A stretch of DNA of 16,620 bases from Candidatus Iainarchaeum sp. (lineage in GTDB: Archaea; Iainarchaeota; Iainarchaeia; Iainarchaeales; CSSED10-239): contig JAQUVR010000004.1 of the NCBI GenBank assembly GCA_028693335.1, positions 1-16,620 of the forward strand. Direction: 5' to 3'. The translations under genes were made by a program, and so were the position numbers. The first letter of the stretch is position 1, and every line of letters starts with the position of its first letter. Shown one piece after another: positions 6,850-14,554 of this stretch. The notes below the pieces were generated by a model. It saw nothing but the letters and a program-made list of their open reading frames with translations. It was not told where the DNA came from and did not search any database.

Positions 6850-7752
6850 TTACATAGCCTCAAGTCTTCTAATTCTCTCAATAATTGGGGGATGAGTGGA
6901 AAACATTCCAGAAAGTCCTTTACTAGACAAAGGATTTGCAATATACATATGAGCATTCCCTTTACTTGCAGATGAAACTGGTTTACTGACACCAGATATT
7001 TTTTTTAAAGCGCTTGCAAGACCTTGAGGATATCTAGTTAATTTTGCAGCAGAACTATCTGCAAGATATTCTCTATTTCTAGATATTGACATTTGAATTA
7101 ACAATGCAAATATTGGTGCCAATATAACAAAAATCAAAGCAATGATTAACATCAAACCATTTGAATTTTCACGCCTATCTCCAACACCAAAAATCATTCC
7201 TCTAATTGCAATATCTGAAACAATTGAAACAATTCCAAACAACACAGAGACAACAGTCATTATCTGAATATCCCTATTTTGAATATGTGAAATTTCGTGT
7301 GCAATAACTCCTTCAAGCTCTTGCCTATTCATAATTTCTAAAAGACCAGTAGTAACAGCTAGAGATGCATTTGTTGGATTTCTCCCTGTTGCAAAAGCAT
7401 TTGGAGATTTATCTTCTATTACATATACTTTTGGTTTTGGTATATTTGCGGCTAGTGCCAGACCCTCAACTAAATTATGTAAATAAACAAATTTTTTTTC
7501 ATCAGCTGCTTTTGCTCTACTAGTTGCAAGAACAATTTTATCTCCTGCATAATAGCCAATTATTCCATAGACGATCGCAATAAAACCAGCAATCCCTAAA
7601 ATTCCAAAACCAGCAAAATTAAAAATATATTTTATTGCAATTGCAAGTATAAAAACAAATACAAAAAACAATAAAAATAACAAATAGGTTTTAAATATAT
7701 TTTTTTTTGATTCACTAAATAAATCTATTCGTTTTGAATTTTCTACAGCCAT
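6850..7752 (-). CDS. htpX: HtpX-type M48 zinc metalloprotease (membrane protein quality control)
   Basis: Two N-terminal TM helices and a further hydrophobic pair after the active site. HEXXH is present as HEISH (nt 7285-7299). The downstream REYLADSSAAKLT carries the third-ligand Glu, and the C-terminus has FSTHPPIIERIRRL, all typical of HtpX. Confidence 0.9.
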   Translation of the reverse strand: MAVENSKRIDLFSESKKNIFKTYLLFLLFFVFVFILAIAIKYIFNFAGFGILGIAGFIAIVYGIIGYYAGDKIVLATSRAKAADEKKFVYLHNLVEGLALAANIPKPKVYVIEDKSPNAFATGRNPTNASLAVTTGLLEIMNRQELEGVIAHEISHIQNRDIQIMTVVSVLFGIVSIVSDIAIRGMIFGVGDRRENSNGLMLIIALIFVILAPIFALLIQMSISRNREYLADSSAAKLTRYPQGLASALKKISGVSKPVSSASKGNAHMYIANPLSSKGLSGMFSTHPPIIERIRRLEAM

Positions 7753-7894
7753 ATTTATTCATAATTTAAGTAATATATATTTTAATAGAGAAATATATTT
7801 TAATACCTACCCCTGAAAATAAAAAATGAGTTTTTTTATAAAAAAACAATCATTTTTATACTATTTTGTTTATTTTATATATATTATAATAAAA

Positions 7895-7899
7895 GAGGT
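7895..7899 (+). promoter_or_regulatory. Shine-Dalgarno-like GAGGT for the 7909 ORF
   Basis: AAAAGAGGTTAATCAAAAATG: GAGGT sits 9 nt before the ATG and matches the core of the archaeal/bacterial SD consensus GGAGGTGA. Confidence 0.4.
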
Positions 7900-7908
7900 T
7901 AATCAAAA

Positions 7909-8442
7909 ATGGCAATAACAGATTTTTTTAAAAATATAAAAAATAATTTAAATATTAATAAAGAAAAAAAAATAGAAACTGAAAATTTAGAAGAACTAAA
8001 TAATATCACACCAACAAAAAAATTAGATCTTATCTCATTAATTGAAAAAAGACAAAGTCTTAATCCTGATAAAGTAAGCACAATAAAAGTTGATGACGAA
8101 ATTAAACATTATCAAGAAATAATTTTATTACAAAAAAATAAAGGGACTCCTGAAAAACTATTAACAGCATTAAGACAAAAAGTCGTAGAATTGCAAACAG
8201 AGAAATTAAAAATTGAAATTATCTACGAACTATTAAACCAAGATAACCTTCTAAGAACAGCATTTGGAAAAGCAAGACAAAAGGATATTTACAACATAAT
8301 GATTAAAAAATATCACTCAGAGAATCTAGAATTACACGAATTTAAAAAAATAATACAAGAAATAAGTCAAATGCTAAAAGATAAAGAAGATACTAGAAAC
8401 GAAAGCGAAAGATTAGAAGATTATTATAAATTATTATTTTAA
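7909..8442 (+). CDS. Hypothetical charged coiled-coil protein
   Basis: 177-aa ORF with an SD, Lys/Glu-rich with heptad-like stretches (ALRQKVVELQTEKLKIEIIYELL). I recognise no catalytic motif. The antisense 60-aa ORF at 7899..8081 is low-complexity and treated as spurious. Confidence 0.5.
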   Translation: MAITDFFKNIKNNLNINKEKKIETENLEELNNITPTKKLDLISLIEKRQSLNPDKVSTIKVDDEIKHYQEIILLQKNKGTPEKLLTALRQKVVELQTEKLKIEIIYELLNQDNLLRTAFGKARQKDIYNIMIKKYHSENLELHEFKKIIQEISQMLKDKEDTRNESERLEDYYKLLF

Positions 8443-9422
8443 TAATCTAAAATATTCTTTTTACCAATTTCTTCAATAGGTAAAGAAAATATTCCTAATT
8501 CTTTTGTAATAGATTTTGCTAATTCTTTACTAAAACCATGCATAGTAAAAACTCGCTTTGGATTAACATTTGCAACAAAATCAATCAAATCAACATAATC
8601 ACAATGATCAGAAATTGGTATTGATTCTGCAATTCTATAATGATTCCAACCACTAGCAACATAAGCTTTTACTTTTTTTTTTGTTTGTTTTTCTAATGTG
8701 TGTATAAATTCTTTTGTTATTAAAGTGTTTGGTAAAATTAAAATTTTTGAATTATTATCTAAATCCATAAGATTATATTTGCCTAAATCTATTCCAAAAG
8801 ACTCATAAACCTTAGAGTACTCAAATATCTTGTTAGTAACTGTTGGCGTTTCTTTTAAATAAACATTTACAAATTTTATCAACTCTTGTGATTTGCCTAA
8901 AGAATAACCACCAATTAAAACTAGTTTGTTTTCTTTTAGATCTTTAGATATCTTTTCAGAAAAATCTAAATACACTAAATCTCTATTTGGAAAAACATAT
9001 TTTTCTTTACCAAAAGTTGATTCTAAGATTAAGGTGTCAGCAGATTTTGGTTTTGCACCCTTAAGTAATAAAGAATTTGTTGTTTTAAAATCACCAGTAT
9101 AAAGAACAGAACCAACATTACTTTCAAAAAAAAACATATTACTTCCTAAAATATGACCTGCATTTAATGGAGTTACAAAAAGGTTTTCTGAAATTTCAGT
9201 GGTTTTAAAAAAAGTATTAATCTCTAGTTCTTTATTAAAAGAAGTTTCAATCAATTTTTTTGTCTCAACACTAGATAATAGATCATTAGTTTTTAGAAAA
9301 TGATCTGAATGTCCATGAGTAATTAATGACACTTCATTATTTCTTGCTTTTTTACATTGATCAATAGTAATTAGTTTTTCTTTATTTACAATTGATAGAT
9401 GTTTATTATATGATAATTTCAT
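8439..9422 (-). CDS. Compact beta-CASP family metallo-beta-lactamase-fold nuclease (RNA/DNA processing)
   Basis: MBL motifs are present in order: HGHSDH (nt 9300-9317), NAGHILGS, YTGDF. The beta-CASP motifs then follow: ESTFG (A), ISDHCD (B), TMHGF (C). At 327 aa it is at the short end of the family. Confidence 0.75.
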   Translation of the reverse strand: MKLSYNKHLSIVNKEKLITIDQCKKARNNEVSLITHGHSDHFLKTNDLLSSVETKKLIETSFNKELEINTFFKTTEISENLFVTPLNAGHILGSNMFFFESNVGSVLYTGDFKTTNSLLLKGAKPKSADTLILESTFGKEKYVFPNRDLVYLDFSEKISKDLKENKLVLIGGYSLGKSQELIKFVNVYLKETPTVTNKIFEYSKVYESFGIDLGKYNLMDLDNNSKILILPNTLITKEFIHTLEKQTKKKVKAYVASGWNHYRIAESIPISDHCDYVDLIDFVANVNPKRVFTMHGFSKELAKSITKELGIFSLPIEEIGKKNILDY

Positions 9423-9542
9423 GATTGATCTTTTTAATATTAAATATATCTACAAAAAAATTAATAAATGGTTTTAATTTATTTAAAAAAAATTTGGCAA
9501 GATATAAAAAGGTTACTAAACAATAAATATATTACCTATTAT

Positions 9543-9702
9543 GGGGACATAGGGTAGTCCGGTCTAGCCTAGCAGGCTCCAGATTATAAAAACAGGATGT
9601 TTTTTAACATATGACTGAAAATAAACAGGTTTGCTAAATTTAAAAAATTTAGAAAAAATAAGGAGAAACCTGTTGACCTGGGTTCAAATCCCAGTGTCCC
9701 CA
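9543..9702 (+). tRNA. tRNA-Trp (anticodon CCA) interrupted by an 85-nt intron at the canonical 37/38 position; CCA end not encoded
   Basis: Acceptor GGGGACA (9543-9549) pairs with TGTCCCC (9695-9701), with discriminator A9702. D arm is GGGT/GCCT with GG in the loop. Anticodon stem GCAGG (9572-9576) pairs with CCTGT (9669-9673), and the loop is CT-CCA-G with the anticodon at 9579-9581. T arm is CTGGG-TTCAAAT-CCCAG (9678-9694). The spliced length is 75 nt. Confidence 0.9.
9583..9667 (+). other. tRNA-Trp intron with a canonical hBHBh' splicing motif
   Basis: The central 4-bp helix is CTCC (9577-9580) with GGAG (9662-9665). It is flanked by 3-nt bulges AGA (9581-9583) and AAA (9666-9668), and an outer helix TTAT (9584-9587) with ATAA (9658-9661). 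There are two internal hairpins: ATGTT/AACAT (9597-9610) and CTAAATTT/AAATTTAG (9634-9652). The exact junction is ambiguous by 1 nt because A flanks both sites. Confidence 0.8.
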
Positions 9703-9709
9703 ATTTCTA

Positions 9710-9714
9710 TTTTT
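9710..9714 (+). terminator. Oligo-T tract downstream of tRNA-Trp
   Basis: T5 lies 8 nt after the discriminator base. Archaeal RNA polymerase terminates at oligo-T. Confidence 0.3.
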
Positions 9715-9732
9715 AAGATGAAAAAGATAACA

Positions 9733-10197
9733 TTAACTAATAAAAAACAAAACAGCTTTCATAATAGAAATCTTAATAGAATTTAAAAAGCCATTTGGTT
9801 TTATTGTTAAATCTTTTGATTTCATAACAGATTTAAGTTCTGCAACTTTATCGTCTGATTGAATAATAGAATCAATATTACTTTCAGACATAAAGAGCTC
9901 TAAAGACACATCATCTCTATGTTCTGTTGAGATTTCTTTTAATTTAGAGTCTTCTAAAACAAGATAGAGAACTTCAGTTGAATTATCAGCTCTAATAACT
10001 TCTAAAGAAATAACCTCATTACTAAATTGATCTTTAATAATCTTTGGGACCCTATCCAAATTCCTATTATAAATATCAGCAGCATCCTCTTTATAATTTA
10101 GAATAAAATCAAAAGAATAGTTTTGATCAGAATATGCAAAAACACTTCCTAAACTTATTAAAACAAAAAACAAAATAAATATTATTTTTTTCATCAT
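9733..10197 (-). CDS. Small secreted protein, function unknown (last gene of the glycosylation cluster)
   Basis: 154-aa ORF with a classic signal peptide (MMKKIIFILFFVLISLGSVFA-YSD). It starts 13 nt after the upstream gene. Confidence 0.5.
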   Translation of the reverse strand: MMKKIIFILFFVLISLGSVFAYSDQNYSFDFILNYKEDAADIYNRNLDRVPKIIKDQFSNEVISLEVIRADNSTEVLYLVLEDSKLKEISTEHRDDVSLELFMSESNIDSIIQSDDKVAELKSVMKSKDLTIKPNGFLNSIKISIMKAVLFFIS

Positions 10198-10210
10198 TTA
10201 ATCACATTTA

Positions 10211-10888
10211 TTATTTGTTACAAATTATATTATTAAAATCATTAATATTATAGATCACATTATCATCAACAACAATTGCTGGTGCTCTTGAAACATTATA
10301 ATCAACAATCAGTTGATTTAAAACTATTATCTCTGGTAAATAAGGTAATGCAAAAACCACTGAATTATCACAAGATTTTGTAAATTTATCTAATCTATTT
10401 TCAAACAGATCGTTTTGTGCATCTGCTTTTATTTGCTTTGAACCAGTTTCTTTTTCTTCAGTATAAAAATACAATAAAATTTTTGTATCATTATTACATT
10501 CATCATTAAAATTATTATAATGCATCCAAAGTTTAATATTTGTTAAAACATACATAAATTTTATGTAATTATCTGTAGATACAACCGCATCTTTATTAAT
10601 ATTTCTTAATCTGTCTAGTAATTTTCTATTTATACCATATTGAGAATTTAATTGTTTTGCTAAAATATTACATTTCTTAGAAAGATCATAATTTTCTGAA
10701 TGTTCTAAATAATTATTATACAAATCATCTAAAATAAGTTGCTGATTTAAAATTTTTATATCTTCTTCTAAATTTGTTCTTTTATAATTGTCATAAGAAA
10801 TTATTCCAAAAAAAAGAATTATTACAATAATTAAAACAATTAATAATGCTGTTAAAAAAATATTGTGTGTTGGTCTATATTTTACCAT
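10211..10888 (-). CDS. Membrane-anchored (single N-terminal TM) extracytoplasmic protein, function unknown
   Basis: 225-aa ORF with one TM helix (IFLTALLIVLIIVIILFFGII) followed by a soluble domain. Its start overlaps the end of the upstream synthase gene by 7 nt, which suggests translational coupling. Confidence 0.5.
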   Translation of the reverse strand: MVKYRPTHNIFLTALLIVLIIVIILFFGIISYDNYKRTNLEEDIKILNQQLILDDLYNNYLEHSENYDLSKKCNILAKQLNSQYGINRKLLDRLRNINKDAVVSTDNYIKFMYVLTNIKLWMHYNNFNDECNNDTKILLYFYTEEKETGSKQIKADAQNDLFENRLDKFTKSCDNSVVFALPYLPEIIVLNQLIVDYNVSRAPAIVVDDNVIYNINDFNNIICNK

Positions 10889-12201
10889 CTTTGTTTCACT
10901 CCAATTAATTCATATGCTATACCAATAATGTACATAAAAATTATTATAAAACCGTATACAAATAAGAAAAAAAGAATTGGAAAAAAATAACTTATATCTA
11001 ACTTAAAATCAGTATATCCAAATGATAATGACATAAAATATATTGATAAAGATAAAGAGACTAATAAAATAATAATTAAAGAACTAATATTAAAAGAACT
11101 AAAATTAAATGAAAAATCAGACAAATTAATTCCATATAATATAATATTGTATAAATTATAATAAATTGTAAAAAACAAATCAGAAATCAAATGATATAAG
11201 GTTCTAAAAACAAGCATCATGCTTAATATCATAACACCTAAAGAATATGGCAAATAAAAACCAAACACACCCAAATCTCTATTAAATAAAAAAGACAAAT
11301 ATTTATTATTTGTATCAAAACCGCCCCTTGCCCATCTTAACCTTTGAATAAAATAAGATTTCCATGTACTTGGAACTTCAGTTTTTGCTTTTGCATCAAC
11401 AACAAAATGAATCTTATAACCTTTTTTTATAAACTTGTATGCAATTTCCTTATCTTCAGTTATGTTTTCTTCATCATACCCACCAACAGAATCAAAAATT
11501 TTTTTATCTAAAAGACACATAGCTCCAGTTCCAATATCTAATGAGCCCATAGCAGTAAGAACCATTCTTGGAAGACCAAAACTAAAATTATATTCAATGG
11601 TTTGAAGTTTTTCAATAAATTTTTTTTTATTAGTAACACCCATTACCCCAACAACCATACCAACATCATTTTTTAGGGAAGGGATCATTTTAATTAAGGC
11701 GTCTTTTTCAGGGATTGTGTCACCATCAACTCCAAAAATTAATTGTTCTTTTATTTGTTTTAGTCCTTGATTCATTATTACTGCTTTTCTATTATCTATA
11801 AAATATTTTTTGTCTAAAATAATTGGTTTAATTCTTTTATCATTTTCTAAAAATGTACAAGTTCCATCAGTAATAACATAAATAGTATAGGGAATAGGAT
11901 ATTCTAATTTTTTTAATTGATCAATAGTGTGCTTAATAGGTTTCCAATTATTATAAGCATAAGTAACAACAGCAACCTTTGGTGGGTTTTTTGGAAATTC
12001 TTCAGATCTTGAAACTTCAGAATATCTTTTTGAAATTAATATTGATAAAACAATAAAATATAAAAAAATAAAAACAACAACTAACTGTAAATAAAAATTA
12101 AATGATTTTACAAAAATTGTGAAAAATAACATTAAACTAATTATAATTAAATAGAATAATTTTTTTTTGAAAAATGTTTTTGTTTTTTTTATTATGCTCA
12201 T
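10882..12201 (-). CDS. Processive family-2 glycosyltransferase (cellulose/chitin/PNAG/NodC-type polysaccharide synthase-like)
   Basis: N-terminal TM helices, then a GT-A domain with VAVVTYAYN, VITDGT, GVDGDT (DxD), NITEDKE (TED catalytic motif) and QRLRWARGG (QxxRW, nt 11332-11346), followed by about 4 C-terminal TM helices. The D,D,D,QxxRW set is the hallmark of processive beta-glycan synthases. Confidence 0.85.
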   Translation of the reverse strand: MSIIKKTKTFFKKKLFYLIIISLMLFFTIFVKSFNFYLQLVVVFIFLYFIVLSILISKRYSEVSRSEEFPKNPPKVAVVTYAYNNWKPIKHTIDQLKKLEYPIPYTIYVITDGTCTFLENDKRIKPIILDKKYFIDNRKAVIMNQGLKQIKEQLIFGVDGDTIPEKDALIKMIPSLKNDVGMVVGVMGVTNKKKFIEKLQTIEYNFSFGLPRMVLTAMGSLDIGTGAMCLLDKKIFDSVGGYDEENITEDKEIAYKFIKKGYKIHFVVDAKAKTEVPSTWKSYFIQRLRWARGGFDTNNKYLSFLFNRDLGVFGFYLPYSLGVMILSMMLVFRTLYHLISDLFFTIYYNLYNIILYGINLSDFSFNFSSFNISSLIIILLVSLSLSIYFMSLSFGYTDFKLDISYFFPILFFLFVYGFIIIFMYIIGIAYELIGVKQRW

Positions 12202-12268
12202 AACTTACAATGATTTATAGATTATTTATAAATAATATGATAAAATGTATTTATATATGTTATTTTAG

Positions 12269-12286
12269 AAAAAAAACACCAAAAAA
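12269..12286 (-). terminator. Oligo-T tracts directly after the GT-C stop codon, followed by TATA-like boxes for the synthase gene
   Basis: After the TGA, the minus strand reads TTTTTTGGTGTTTTTTTT. The remaining ~65 nt of the 85-nt gap contain ATATATAAATA and TTATTTATAAATAA, about 25-35 nt upstream of the 12201 ATG. Confidence 0.35.
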
Positions 12287-13834
12287 TCAAATTCTATAGT
12301 CTCTATTGTCATCAATTTTAAAACCATTAAAATTTACAAAATTACAAACTTTTTCAAAAAGTGGATGATTATTGAAAATCACCATACAGGCGTTTGTATT
12401 AACACTATAACCATAATTTCTTTGAGCAAGTTCATTAATTTGCTCTAAAAAGGATCTGTGTCCAACATTTGGTGCAAAATCCTTTTGACATTTTTTTCCA
12501 ATAACAACAACAGAATCATCTTCATATAAAATATCTTCTTTTCTAAAACTATTATCCAAAACAGATTTATCATAATCAAACTTATAAATCACTATTACAG
12601 ACTCATCAATCCAAAAATAATTAGATCCATTTGATTCTAATGGAATGGATTTTAAGCCAACACCATTTAAAAAAACCCAATAATTAGAAACAATTAAACA
12701 ATCTGATAAATTGTGTGATTCTAATATTTCTTTTGTGTCTTCATAAAATTCCTTTGTAGCATATCTGCTTTTTTCTAGGTGGCTATATGGCAAATAAAGA
12801 TTAATTAAAAAAACAATTAAAAAAATAAAAACAATTGATTTTTTTAAAATGGTTCTATATTTTAATTTCAAAGAAGAAGAAAAACAAGCAAAAAACAAAT
12901 AATAAATTGAAACTATTGGCAAAACCAATAAAAACAAATATCTTGCGTCTTTTAGAGGTGTTGTAAGATAACTATATATAGTATATATACCAATTATAAT
13001 AATAATTAACAAAGCTTTTTTTTGAGAGGTTGTAATTTGCTTAAAAAAACCAAAACCTGTTTTTTTTCTAATAATATTAAACAACAGAAAAATCAAAATA
13101 ACAGAAAGTAAAACAGACAAAACTGTTGAAAATTGAATAATAAAATGAAACATTCTTGCTGGTTGTATAATTTCTAATCTATAAATAATATTTTGATAAT
13201 ATTGATCTCCAATACTTGTAAAAAAATTTCCATATCTTATTTTATTAAAAATAAACCATGGTAGAAAAGATAAAAAATACAAACAAAATGCAAAAAATTT
13301 ATTTTTCCAACCTTTTATAAAAAAAATAAAGGCTACAAAAACAATTCCAGTATATCTCGTAAGTGCAGACAACCCTAAAAATAAACCAGCCCAAAAACTA
13401 TTTTTTACAATAAAATATATAGCAAATAAAATCAATGCTAAAAACAACAACTCAGTTCCAGTAAACATAGCATAAGACAACATAAACGGAGTGAAAATCA
13501 TGGCATAAACTACAAAAGTATTAATTTTCAACTCCTTTGTTAATAAATAAACACCAGTAAAAAAAATAACCGAAACAAAAACAATATAAAAAATATCTAA
13601 CAACAAAGTATATCCAAAAATATTTCCAAAAACGCCCAAGATAAAAGAAACTAATGGGGGTCTTAATATTTCAAAATAAAAACCATTATTGAAAAAATGT
13701 TTTGCGTTTAATAAATATACCGTATAGTCCCATGAAAAAACTAATAACCTATGCGCAATAAAGAAAATAATTGTCACCAAAAAAATTAACAATAGAAATT
13801 TATTTTTTATAATCCAGTTTTTTATGTTATTCAT
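12287..13834 (-). CDS. GT-C fold glycosyltransferase (ArnT/PMT, GT39/GT83-like; polyprenyl-phosphate-sugar dependent)
   Basis: 515 aa with about 11-12 TM helices and a ~150-aa C-terminal soluble domain. The first extracytoplasmic loop carries the acidic/aromatic motif (FSWDYTVYLLNAKHF) and RPPL, as in PMT_2/ArnT-type enzymes. An SD-like AGTGA lies 7 nt before the ATG. Confidence 0.7.
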   Translation of the reverse strand: MNNIKNWIIKNKFLLLIFLVTIIFFIAHRLLVFSWDYTVYLLNAKHFFNNGFYFEILRPPLVSFILGVFGNIFGYTLLLDIFYIVFVSVIFFTGVYLLTKELKINTFVVYAMIFTPFMLSYAMFTGTELLFLALILFAIYFIVKNSFWAGLFLGLSALTRYTGIVFVAFIFFIKGWKNKFFAFCLYFLSFLPWFIFNKIRYGNFFTSIGDQYYQNIIYRLEIIQPARMFHFIIQFSTVLSVLLSVILIFLLFNIIRKKTGFGFFKQITTSQKKALLIIIIIGIYTIYSYLTTPLKDARYLFLLVLPIVSIYYLFFACFSSSLKLKYRTILKKSIVFIFLIVFLINLYLPYSHLEKSRYATKEFYEDTKEILESHNLSDCLIVSNYWVFLNGVGLKSIPLESNGSNYFWIDESVIVIYKFDYDKSVLDNSFRKEDILYEDDSVVVIGKKCQKDFAPNVGHRSFLEQINELAQRNYGYSVNTNACMVIFNNHPLFEKVCNFVNFNGFKIDDNRDYRI

Positions 13835-13852
13835 GTTTAATTCACTTAATAA

Positions 13853-14554
13853 TTATTTAAAATATAGTTTAAAAATATTTTTTATAAAACTCACAGAAGA
13901 TCCAAAAATATTTACTGTTGTTGTTTTACTTTCTTTCCATTTTACTGGAATTGATTTTATTTTATATTTATTCTTAGATGAATAATAAATAATTTCAGTA
14001 TCTATAAAAAATTTATTATCTTCTATTTTATTTTTAATTAAATCATATTTATTTTTCTTAATTGCTTTAAAACCACATTGCGTATCTTTAACTTTTATAT
14101 TTAAAAAAACTCTTAATAAAACATTGTAACATCTAGAAATAATCCAACGTTTAATAGATCTCTTAGTTTTACTATTTTTTTCATATCTAGACCCGATAGA
14201 TAGATCATAATTATCAATTATAATAGAATCAATCAACTCTGGAAATTGTTTAAGATCGGTAGCAAGATCACAATCCATAAAGGATAAAATAGTAATATCT
14301 TTTGGAGGGGTTTTCCAAGATGCTTTAATTGCGAGTCCTTTTCCTTTTTCTTTTAATTGTAAATAATTTATATTTTTTAATTTAGATAATTTTTTTGAAA
14401 TTTCTGGGGTTCTATCTGTTGATGCATTATCCACAATTTCTATTAAATATAGATATTTAAAATTAAGATCTAAAAATTCTTTTAATCTTAAGATATTCTT
14501 TTCAAGAATTTTTTCTTCATTATATACTGGAATTGTAATTAATACTTTTTCTAT
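13853..14554 (-). CDS. GT2 glycosyltransferase of the polyprenyl/dolichyl-phosphate sugar synthase type (DPM1/GtrB/ArnC-like); probable non-canonical ATA start
   Basis: The track ORF (13853..14434) starts at a GTG inside the GT-A fold. The same frame is open up to 14599 and encodes IEKVLITIPVYNEEKILEKNILRLKEFLDLNFKYLYLIEIVDNASTDRT, the family's canonical N-terminus (beta1-PxYNE, then DxxSxD). There is no ATG/GTG/TTG in frame. GGTGG (14565..14561) sits 6 nt before ATA (14554..14552). The conservative alternative is 13853..14434. Confidence 0.7.
   Translation of the reverse strand: MEKVLITIPVYNEEKILEKNILRLKEFLDLNFKYLYLIEIVDNASTDRTPEISKKLSKLKNINYLQLKEKGKGLAIKASWKTPPKDITILSFMDCDLATDLKQFPELIDSIIIDNYDLSIGSRYEKNSKTKRSIKRWIISRCYNVLLRVFLNIKVKDTQCGFKAIKKNKYDLIKNKIEDNKFFIDTEIIYYSSKNKYKIKSIPVKWKESKTTTVNIFGSSVSFIKNIFKLYFK

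Noticed and set aside
7775-7805. 13-bp direct repeat ATATATTTTAATA (7775-7787 and 7793-7805) upstream of htpX
   Set aside because: It is pure A/T low-complexity sequence in a TATA-box region of an AT-rich genome. Duplicate TATA-like boxes are plausible, but the repeat is not distinguishable from chance.
7899-8081. 60-aa minus-strand ORF overlapping the start of the 7909..8442 gene
   Set aside because: Phe/Ile/Leu/Ser low-complexity translation of the antisense of a Lys/Glu-rich gene. The plus-strand ORF is three times longer and has a well-placed GAGGT SD.
9583-9667. Box C/D guide RNA inside the tRNA-Trp intron (as in Haloferax and other Euryarchaeota)
   Set aside because: The only weak candidates are AGGATGT (9594-9600, 5/7 to RUGAUGA) and one CTGA (9615-9618). 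There is no second C'/D pair and no terminal D box near the 3' end. The 12 nt upstream of the CTGA are not complementary to the anticodon loop or position 39. The idea survives only as a remote possibility in the finding on the 9-nt complementarity.
10211-10888. Thioredoxin/DsbA-like fold suggested by the C-terminal APAIVVDDNVIY segment
   Set aside because: There is no CxxC active-site motif (the cysteines are isolated), and the resemblance is limited to one short strand-like segment.
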